A stretch of DNA of 64,000 nucleotides from Nitrososphaerales archaeon (GTDB lineage: Archaea; Thermoproteota; Nitrososphaeria; Nitrososphaerales; UBA213): assembly GCA_965197925.1 (NCBI GenBank), contig CBDAOC010000020.1, positions 864,001 to 928,000 of the forward strand. Direction: 5' to 3'. The position numbers and the translations under genes are program-made. Positions 56,322 to 64,000 of this stretch are shown here, piece after piece. Within the stretch, counting starts at the first letter, position 1; each line of letters starts with the position of its first letter. Under the pieces are notes generated by a model. It searched no databases and had not been told where the DNA came from. It was given only the letters and a program-made list of their open reading frames with translations.

Positions 56322-56855
56322 ATGGTTATCACACGAATGAAACTTGAAAATGTGATACGCTCTTTTCTAGATTTTCCCAAGAAGGGAATTTTATTTAGGG
56401 ATATTAGCCCCATTTTACGAGATCCTGATGTATTATTCTATGTAATTGATCATTTTTATGAGCATTACAAGGGCACCAAGATCGATCTTATTGCTGGAAT
56501 AGAGTCAAGAGGCTTTATCTTCGCATCCGCACTTGGTTTGAAGTTTCACAAAGGTATTATAATGATAAGGAAACAGGGCAGGTTACCTGGAAATACATTA
56601 ACTAGGAAATATGACATTGAATACGGAAGTGCTACAATGGAGATACAGCAGGATGCGGTCGACGAGGGACAGAATGTGCTAATTGTGGATGATCTTATTG
56701 CTACTGGAGGCACAGCAAAGGCATCTGCTGAACTGATCGAGAAACTTGGTGGAACTATAGCTGGGTTCGCTTTTGTAATGGAACTTGCAAGCTTGAAGGG
56801 AAGACACAAGATTATGGATTACGAAATCCATTCTTTGGTGAAATACGATGATTGA
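56322..56855 (+). CDS. apt: Adenine phosphoribosyltransferase
   Basis: DFPK.GILFRD, ESRGF, EYG, VDDLIATGGT. Confidence 0.95.
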   Translation: MVITRMKLENVIRSFLDFPKKGILFRDISPILRDPDVLFYVIDHFYEHYKGTKIDLIAGIESRGFIFASALGLKFHKGIIMIRKQGRLPGNTLTRKYDIEYGSATMEIQQDAVDEGQNVLIVDDLIATGGTAKASAELIEKLGGTIAGFAFVMELASLKGRHKIMDYEIHSLVKYDD

Positions 56856-57645
56856 TCATGCAGAATTGGGAATAATAGGAGGTACGGGGGGTTACCAACC
56901 GGATTTATTTACGAACAAGAAGGAGGTAAAAGTTTATACTCCTTTTGGAGAACCTTCAGATTTCATAACTTTAGGGACCTATGCTAGAAGAACTCTTGCA
57001 TTCCTACCTAGACATGGGAGAGGTCATAGATTACCCCCCCACAAGATCAATTCAAGAGCGAATATATGGGCTCTAAAAAAATTGGGTGTCACAAGAATAC
57101 TTGCGCCAGCAGCTGTTGGCAGCATGGCGATACGACTGAAGCCGGGCCATGTAGTCATACCGGATCAGTTTGTAGATTTTACGAAATCAAGAAAGTATTC
57201 GTTTTACGACGGGGGTGAGGTGTGTCATGTTTCTCTAGCAGATCCCTTTTGTCCGGAGCTTAGAAATTTCGCAACCAAGACTGCGAAATCTCTCAAAATG
57301 AATTTTCAGAACAAAGCTACATACGTTTGCATAGAAGGGCCTCGATTTTCCACTAGAGCTGAATCCAGATTCTTCAAAGATTATGTTAAAGCAGATATCA
57401 TAGGCATGACCGTAGTGCCCGAATGCGTGTTAGCACGAGAGGCTGAAATTTGCTATCTTTCAATTGCAACAATCACTGATTATGATGTATGGGCTGAGAA
57501 ACCAGTAAGTTCAAAAGAAGTTCTAGAAACGCTTCGAAAGAATACTCAAAATATAAAAAAATTATTATCTGAACTTATTCCAAAGATTCCAATTCAAAGG
57601 AAAAGGTGTGAATGCGGCAAAGCGTTAGAGGATGCTAAGCTTTAG
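56848..57645 (+). CDS. mtnP: S-methyl-5'-thioadenosine phosphorylase
   Basis: GIIGGTG, RHG.GH, EGPRFSTRAES, GMT..PE, TDYD.W. Confidence 0.93.
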   Translation: MIDHAELGIIGGTGGYQPDLFTNKKEVKVYTPFGEPSDFITLGTYARRTLAFLPRHGRGHRLPPHKINSRANIWALKKLGVTRILAPAAVGSMAIRLKPGHVVIPDQFVDFTKSRKYSFYDGGEVCHVSLADPFCPELRNFATKTAKSLKMNFQNKATYVCIEGPRFSTRAESRFFKDYVKADIIGMTVVPECVLAREAEICYLSIATITDYDVWAEKPVSSKEVLETLRKNTQNIKKLLSELIPKIPIQRKRCECGKALEDAKL

Positions 57646-57650
57646 AATTT

Positions 57651-57938
57651 TTAGGAATTTATCTCATCTTTTCTTGTCTCAGGCATTATCATATCCCCCA
57701 GGATTATTTTTCTTTGTACTCTTACTATAAGCTCTTCGGGGTCTATACCCAACTTCCTCAAATTCTCTTCATTCTTCTTTGCGATCTTCACATTTATGTT
57801 GTGCCCACCAATTCTCCCAAAAGCAATGGCCTTGAACCTTATCGTTTGTCCTCTGAATGTAAAATATCCGTTAACTTTGCTCGCAATCGCACCAGGGGTA
57901 CTACTAGAAATGTATATTGTAATATCAGCATCACTCAA
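57651..57938 (-). CDS. Hypothetical protein
   Basis: Part of an overlapping co-oriented trio; F.AIAFGRIGGHN. Confidence 0.6.
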   Translation of the reverse strand: MSDADITIYISSSTPGAIASKVNGYFTFRGQTIRFKAIAFGRIGGHNINVKIAKKNEENLRKLGIDPEELIVRVQRKIILGDMIMPETRKDEINS

Positions 57939-58330
57939 TCGATCTCAATCTCCTTGTTTATTGATTCGTCCACTAATACCGTCCAATGTTTGTCATTCTT
58001 AACCCTGTAGTTCTCTATGATGAATGAAACTTCTTTATCTATGCATGAGTGTTTTATCTCGCCTTCCTTCTTTATCCGAATCAGGGCCCATCTAGCCTTA
58101 TCTATGTTCAAACTACAGATGAGAATTGCCCATCGTTCATATGGACCTATGTTAGGCATGCCTATTTCTGAGGAAATATCAAGAATGCCTAACTGTTTTT
58201 CCTCACAGAAAATTTGCTTGCATCTAACACATCTCCATGCATCAATAGCACCAACTGTTTGGTTCTGGTATCTTAGGTTTACAACACCAAAATACACATT
58301 TTGATGGTCGCATTGCATAATGATCGCCAT
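57935..58330 (-). CDS. Hypothetical Cys-rich (Zn-binding) protein
   Basis: CDH, WRC..C..FCEE. Confidence 0.6.
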   Translation of the reverse strand: MAIIMQCDHQNVYFGVVNLRYQNQTVGAIDAWRCVRCKQIFCEEKQLGILDISSEIGMPNIGPYERWAILICSLNIDKARWALIRIKKEGEIKHSCIDKEVSFIIENYRVKNDKHWTVLVDESINKEIEID

Positions 58331-58338
58331 AACAACCT

Positions 58339-58710
58339 CTATTTGGTTCTCACATCTTGATATGGCTTTTCCAATATGGTAGCAATTTGATCAACTGTTT
58401 TGTTTCTCTTCACTTCCTTATTCGCAGTATGACACATCATCCTATACATATTGGTAATAGCAAATCGTGGATTTAACGCTTCAATTTCACCATCCATTTC
58501 AATACAGGTACCCTTGTCGATCAATCCTGTTATAGCCTTTTCCGTAGCAATCATATCCAACGCAGTGTAAAAAGCAATTTTAGCATTGCGCATTTTACCT
58601 CTTTGAAGCAATATCATGTAGATCTTTGCTTCTTCTCTTGAAATATTAAGTTCAGATACCATCACATTTTCCATAGTCTTAACATTGAACATTGTTCTAT
58701 CTCCATTCAA
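58339..58710 (-). CDS. TrmB-like wHTH protein
   Basis: EAKIY..LL..G ... L..KG; PRFAITNMYR. Confidence 0.65.
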   Translation of the reverse strand: MNGDRTMFNVKTMENVMVSELNISREEAKIYMILLQRGKMRNAKIAFYTALDMIATEKAITGLIDKGTCIEMDGEIEALNPRFAITNMYRMMCHTANKEVKRNKTVDQIATILEKPYQDVRTK

Positions 58711-59262
58711 TAATTAAAGTTCCTTATTGCTATCTTATAAATGGAGTTATTAAAGTCGAAGCTAGAGTGAGTTAAATAATAATAATACCCCGGATTTTAT
58801 TAAATTGCTTTTAGGCATAAACGGGAATTCCTGAGTAGCTTATTTACATTATTTCTAGAGATTATGAAAACAATAATTGATCACTGTTGGTGTATATCAA
58901 TGGCAGGAGAATGGATCAAGAACGAGGAAATTAGTAAACCCTCATAAATTTAAGATTTAATAAAGTATGTTTATAGTAATAATATTATAGCAATAAAAGT
59001 ATCCACCTGCTTCTCAGGAACATATTTTAGAGGAATTTCTTATTAACTATCACCATTTTTATACACTTGAAATAAACATTCCATTATCCAGTAACAAAAT
59101 TAGGTTAAATAGGTTTACAGGTCAAAAGTTGATTCAAAGATTGTAGGAAATTGATTAAACCTCCATAGTAATTTGGAGGCTGAAATTATTCTACTATTGG
59201 TAAAACTGATTTTAAGGGTTTATAAGTATCAAAGTCCAAAAAATGAAATTAGACTGATCTAT

Positions 59263-59724
59263 ATGGCCAGATACAAGAGACGTTATGCATATGACCAATC
59301 CCTTGATCTTGTAGTGCCGTTACTAGTTTTACTTTTTCTTGGAGTGATGTATGCGATGGTTATTCGTACAGAACAGAGTTATGCTGGTTTTATACTATTG
59401 GCTATAGCCTCTATTTTTATGGTATATTGGATAAGAGAGCTTAAGAAAATGGCTAAAACAGAAGAACTTAGAGTAATACCAAAAGAGATAGAGGAAAAGA
59501 CATGGGTTTATGACTTGATCAAAGGGAATCAAGAACTTGTGTTCGTGGCAGAAGTACCAGGACCAGAAGATCAAGTAACCGTTAGATTGATCAGTGGGAT
59601 ACTGTATATAAGGGGGGGGCAAGGATTTGCAAGAGACGTACAGCTCGACGTAACCGAAAACATGGGGATTGCTGAATTTAGATATAGAAATGGTGTTCTA
59701 ACTTTGAAGATAAGAAAAATCTAA
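59263..59724 (+). CDS. Membrane-anchored Hsp20/alpha-crystallin-like protein
   Basis: Two N-terminal TM helices, VAEVPGP, YRNGVLTL. Confidence 0.75.
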   Translation: MARYKRRYAYDQSLDLVVPLLVLLFLGVMYAMVIRTEQSYAGFILLAIASIFMVYWIRELKKMAKTEELRVIPKEIEEKTWVYDLIKGNQELVFVAEVPGPEDQVTVRLISGILYIRGGQGFARDVQLDVTENMGIAEFRYRNGVLTLKIRKI

Positions 59725-60818
59725 TCCATACTAGTTGCCATTTCTAATTTCTCTGGTAAGTAATCATCAGTAATTTTCGTCAAGCCATACTTAGAAAAGG
59801 CTTCTAACTCGCTCTTTCTCTTCATCTTTAGAAAGATGTCAAGTTCCCTCTGCCAAATATCCGATTGATACCTTGGATCACGCTTCAATTCATGGCATCT
59901 CTTGATGTCAGCCTCAGTCATTGGATCAGAAGGTAGTTTGTACTTTTGAATGTCACTTGCCCACACTCCTATCCACTTGGCATCAGGCACAGTGAGCTCT
60001 CTCAAATGCGCCGCATTTGCAGAACCTGATTTTATGACCATTGCTATATGTTCACCATAAACATCTCCATCAGCGAGGATGAAAACGTCAAGGTCTAACT
60101 CTTCATGTAATCTTTTCAGCAGAAAGCGAGTGGATCTTGGAGGTTGTCCAGCAGTGTCAACTACAATTGCCTTGAATTTCTTATGTATCTTCTCTTCAAT
60201 AAACCGTGTAAATATACCACCTTTCTCGACTGCAATCACTTTATCTGCTGTAGAGTTAACTAATTCAGCGGTGCTCAAACTTGGTCCAATTAAGTAACCA
60301 TCAGGATGGTCTGATAAATTCAACCGCTTTCCTTCATATCCGGGTACCGTATATTCAATTGTTAGATCACCAAAAACGCTACTCCTCTCTTCAGGATAAA
60401 GGTTGAAGTCTTCCCTTGCCATTGAAATCAGTGCTTCCAAGTCAGTGATAATATGATCAGATTCTGGCTGATCCTCAAAGTCCATACTGAATGCCTGCGC
60501 CGAATAGTAGATATCCCTTAAGGTTGATGTTTTTCCTTCACTTAGCAATTTATTAACAAAAAAGCCCATCCAGATAAGCTGCGTAAACGGTCGCAAATGA
60601 CGCATGTTCTTAGCTGATCTATTCACCACATTCTTCCCGAGAACGTATTGCCTGAGTTTTTTATCATAAACAATATTACTAACAGATCTACTAGGCAAGG
60701 ATACTTCTGGAAATACATCATTATCTAGATCCTCGTAAACCTTGACCCCCAGGTCTTTGAGGAGTTCCTTAACTTTAGCTTTCTTAGCCTTCATTATTTC
60801 CTTCTTCAACTTCTTCAC
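59721..60818 (-). CDS. top6A: DNA topoisomerase VI subunit A
   Basis: STLRDIYY, EKGG, GQP.R.TR, DGDVYG. Confidence 0.95.
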   Translation of the reverse strand: MKKLKKEIMKAKKAKVKELLKDLGVKVYEDLDNDVFPEVSLPSRSVSNIVYDKKLRQYVLGKNVVNRSAKNMRHLRPFTQLIWMGFFVNKLLSEGKTSTLRDIYYSAQAFSMDFEDQPESDHIITDLEALISMAREDFNLYPEERSSVFGDLTIEYTVPGYEGKRLNLSDHPDGYLIGPSLSTAELVNSTADKVIAVEKGGIFTRFIEEKIHKKFKAIVVDTAGQPPRSTRFLLKRLHEELDLDVFILADGDVYGEHIAMVIKSGSANAAHLRELTVPDAKWIGVWASDIQKYKLPSDPMTEADIKRCHELKRDPRYQSDIWQRELDIFLKMKRKSELEAFSKYGLTKITDDYLPEKLEMATSMD

Positions 60819-62637
60819 CCAATTTCAATAATACTTTGTATCGTGGTTGCTTTTTAGCTTTAGCCAACTCCATAGAAAATTGTGCAATCATAGGTATGTA
60901 TTTCGAATATATACCTGCACGTTTCTTCTGCATTGCTAGGTGCCCCTTCTTCGAAAGAAACGCTGCAAGCTTTCTTGCCAGAAACCTTATACCATTCTTA
61001 AGTTCATAATCTATTTCAGCTCTGTCCGCTATATACTCCTTCCCAACTGTCTTGTAGGGCACTTTTGTGGAGCAAATATGTGTAACTATTATTAAAGGCG
61101 AGTCTTGACTAACTCTGTATCTAGGCCAGTCAACCTCTTCTATTGCCTTCAACGCAACATCACTCCCTTCATCGTAGAGCAACGGTATCCGGTTTGCAAA
61201 TCTGTAGAGATTTATCGATTTTGATTTGATTTCTCCACCATAAGCCATACCCATCTCTACTATGAAGGGAAATCCTGAATACGCAGAAGGTGGCCTCTGT
61301 ACCGTAGCTACAAATTCCGGGTTAAAGATCTTCCTTATGCCTACTTCTAGCAATTTGTCTCCCAAGGGTGCGAGACAGGTAGCATCAGGAGCAAGAAATT
61401 TTGGGTATCGTTGCATAGCATCCGCAAGTGTTACAATTTCATCATTAGAAAGAGTACCAACTTTCTTTCTACTATCAATCTCAGTAAAATCCATGAACTT
61501 CCTTGCAATACTTGGTCCCACCCTCTGGAAGTTTTTGTTCATAAAATCCACAACGAAATCCCCTTCAACTAAAGATGAAAGGTGTTTAAAGAAAGGTGAA
61601 ATTTTTTTAAGTTTAATTGTATGATAGTTCTCGTCAAGTAATGTAATGAATGATATCTTCGAATTTGGAATATCAACGCTATCAATACGAACCTTTTCAA
61701 GGTCATCCAAATTTATTTCTAATAAGACTACAAGTGATGCCGCAGTCCTTACAGTTTGGGATAATTTTGACCAGCGTTTCTTTGCAAGATCAGCCACAGT
61801 TACTGCACTCTGGTTTATTCTTTCCGCTCCAAGCTCTTTCTTCAAACGTTCTTTCATATCTTCACCGAAGGACGGTGGAGTATTATATTCCCTGCTTATC
61901 AACCTCCGCAATGTTTCAACATCAACACCTGTTGGGTGCGGTTGGATCTCTACAGGTGGAGGTGGTATTATTTTCGTTATTCGTTTAAATGAGGTCCTAT
62001 TGCCAGCAGGATCCAGCCACGAAATATTTGCATATGGAGTGATAAGCGCTGTCTGTGCTACATACTCCCGTATCTTGTTGTGTGCTTTACCAAAATCTCC
62101 TTCAAGTGTAATGCTTACGGATAAACCCCTAAAACCGTTTGCATTCATTTTTGTTTTATTAAGTATCATCGGTCTGTTACGCTGAATATCAAGCTGCAAT
62201 ATGTATTCGTACATCTTGCTGTTTTGCGTTGTTTTAATCGTGACAGGCTTGTTAGTGGTGATCTGTCCGTACAAAATTGCCATTGTAGCACCAAGGCCAA
62301 ACATCCCTCTTGCTTGTCTGAGTGTAAATTTCGTGCCATAAAGGACCTTACCGAATGCCATAGGGACATAATCTGCTGCTATACCTGGACCATTATCGGT
62401 TACAGTAATAGTGTATTGCTGCGGGTCTATATCCTCCTTCTCTACAGTTTTTATCGAGATCGTAATGTGTGGCAATATCTTATTGTGATCACAAGCATCC
62501 AATGAATTTTCCACAAGCTCCCTAACAGCCATATACAAAGCTCTTGATGGATTGCTAAATCCAGCAAGATCCCTATTTCTATAAAAAAACTCACTCGGTG
62601 ATATCTCGCTAAATGTTGTTTGACTCATAATCAACAT
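60784..62637 (-). CDS. top6B: DNA topoisomerase VI subunit B
   Basis: ELVENSLDA, DNGPG, RG.FGLG, RFANRIPL. Confidence 0.95.
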   Translation of the reverse strand: MLIMSQTTFSEISPSEFFYRNRDLAGFSNPSRALYMAVRELVENSLDACDHNKILPHITISIKTVEKEDIDPQQYTITVTDNGPGIAADYVPMAFGKVLYGTKFTLRQARGMFGLGATMAILYGQITTNKPVTIKTTQNSKMYEYILQLDIQRNRPMILNKTKMNANGFRGLSVSITLEGDFGKAHNKIREYVAQTALITPYANISWLDPAGNRTSFKRITKIIPPPPVEIQPHPTGVDVETLRRLISREYNTPPSFGEDMKERLKKELGAERINQSAVTVADLAKKRWSKLSQTVRTAASLVVLLEINLDDLEKVRIDSVDIPNSKISFITLLDENYHTIKLKKISPFFKHLSSLVEGDFVVDFMNKNFQRVGPSIARKFMDFTEIDSRKKVGTLSNDEIVTLADAMQRYPKFLAPDATCLAPLGDKLLEVGIRKIFNPEFVATVQRPPSAYSGFPFIVEMGMAYGGEIKSKSINLYRFANRIPLLYDEGSDVALKAIEEVDWPRYRVSQDSPLIIVTHICSTKVPYKTVGKEYIADRAEIDYELKNGIRFLARKLAAFLSKKGHLAMQKKRAGIYSKYIPMIAQFSMELAKAKKQPRYKVLLKLGEEVEEGNNEG

Positions 62638-63190
62638 CCTCCCATAGTTTTATACGTTCCAACTTATCACGCCTTTTTTCTTCTTGCAACATGTTATATA
62701 CTGACTTGTGCATGCTACCTCTTGCGAGCATAGTAACAGCTTCATTTGCTAGTCTTACCTCCCCAGGCATGCCGATCATCGCAACTGAGTGACCGTATAT
62801 AGATATGTATGCGCCGCTTAGTTCTTCCATGATTTTTCTTGCTTTGCCATTTACTCCAATGATCCTCCCTTTTATTCTTTCCAGAGCATTACTTGATTTG
62901 CCAGAATAATCCTTAAGATCTTTAACATGCAACATAACTTCTACATCGAGTAACCTGTTTGCTCTCTGTGGAGAAAATCCCTTCCCTATTGCAGTAACAA
63001 TTTCCACTGCTTTAAATGGTAGCATTTCTTCTGGATTCCCTGCATTTCTAATAGTAACATCACCATAATCACTATCTATCTCTAACTTTACCCCGCAGGA
63101 TTTCTCGATTTTATCCTTTACTTTGCCTCCCTTCCCAATAAGTGCACCCATACGATCTTTATGTACCTTCACAGTATGCATGAAACTCAA
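62609..63190 (-). CDS. KH-domain rRNA processing factor (Dim2/Pno1)
   Basis: LIGKGG, GFSP..A, GRIIG..GK, H..VY. Confidence 0.9.
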   Translation of the reverse strand: MSFMHTVKVHKDRMGALIGKGGKVKDKIEKSCGVKLEIDSDYGDVTIRNAGNPEEMLPFKAVEIVTAIGKGFSPQRANRLLDVEVMLHVKDLKDYSGKSSNALERIKGRIIGVNGKARKIMEELSGAYISIYGHSVAMIGMPGEVRLANEAVTMLARGSMHKSVYNMLQEEKRRDKLERIKLWEDVDYESNNI

Positions 63191-63972
63191 ACTTTCTTCA
63201 CCACCTTCATTGCTTTCTCGGATTCATATACATCAATTCCTTTTTTATTAAAAAACCTGTTTATGTTTGCCAAGTCACGCATAAGGAAATTTTCTGCATT
63301 CGGATGTAATACGCTAACAGCGGAACCGAAATCGAATAACATTGGTTTATTTTTGTGAAGGAAGATATTATACTCCGAAAGATCAGCATGAACAAGTTTT
63401 GCCTTGTAGAGTCTTGATACGGTCTTTAGTATATCCAAATAATATTTTCGCTCGATCTTACATAGATTCAATGTGGGTGTGGGAATGCCATCTTCCTCAA
63501 TGAACTCCATTACAAGTACGTTGCCCTTCACGTATATGGGCTTTGGAACTGGAACTTTCGCATAATAAGCTGTCCTAAGATTCTTAAATTCTTTCTTAGC
63601 CCAAATGTTAACTATATTTCGTATACCTTTTCTAGAAACACCAAACCTTGGGTCGCCTGCAATATATTGTGATCTATGTCTAAATTCAGAACTTGTGACC
63701 GTGTAAATCTTCACAGCAACATTTGTATTCTTAGCAGTGACACCAGCGTAAACCCCAGATTCTTTTCCGCTTGCAATCACGCCGTTAAGGTAACGGAAAA
63801 CACCTGCGTTCATTATATGGTTGAGAATCATCAACGTAGATTTATCAAAAACTTCTTCAAAGACAGAGCGATCGGATTTTTGGTTCATTCCCATCCTTTG
63901 CTCCTTATCAACTTTGTTAAGATTCTGCGTAACCTTTCTAATTATCCTCTCAGGCATTTCTTCATCACTCAT
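63187..63972 (-). CDS. rio1: RIO1 kinase
   Basis: GKES.VY, AVKIY, KEF.NL, HADLSEYN, DFG. Confidence 0.93.
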   Translation of the reverse strand: MSDEEMPERIIRKVTQNLNKVDKEQRMGMNQKSDRSVFEEVFDKSTLMILNHIMNAGVFRYLNGVIASGKESGVYAGVTAKNTNVAVKIYTVTSSEFRHRSQYIAGDPRFGVSRKGIRNIVNIWAKKEFKNLRTAYYAKVPVPKPIYVKGNVLVMEFIEEDGIPTPTLNLCKIERKYYLDILKTVSRLYKAKLVHADLSEYNIFLHKNKPMLFDFGSAVSVLHPNAENFLMRDLANINRFFNKKGIDVYESEKAMKVVKKV

Positions 63973-64000
63973 TATGTAACCACCCCCAAATCAACTATGA

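Overview
Archaeal chromosome segment, most likely Nitrososphaerota/Thaumarchaeota (PriS/PriL, Topo VI A/B, CdvB/ESCRT-III, CDC48, RIO1-Dim2, DpsL, archaeal shikimate and cobalamin genes, thaumarchaeal-type integrase). From about 10.6 kb to 64 kb it is mostly housekeeping genes, interrupted by four DDE IS types that occur as full, truncated and nested copies. The first ~10 kb is a decayed accessory island. It holds an AAA+/wHTH ATPase flanked by four 16-bp palindromes, a tRNA-3'-end (att-like) structured element, a tyrosine-integrase pseudogene, two isolated CRISPR repeats and an orphan CRISPR mini-array, with no cas genes in the window. The integrase is the most unusual feature because it is hit at both catalytic motifs. 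The Arg motif (SSGCRVGAL) is split by 890 bp of (GGTAAGGTAG)n. The His/Tyr motif (GHKVGLERSYY) is triplicated as 28-bp repeats separated by unique 38- and 37-bp inserts, which looks like a CRISPR-like array built from the integrase's own coding sequence. Also notable are a Re-citrate-synthase-like gene and a MurI homologue with both catalytic Cys replaced by Ser. All calls are by eye from the sequence and ORF translations; no database searches were run.
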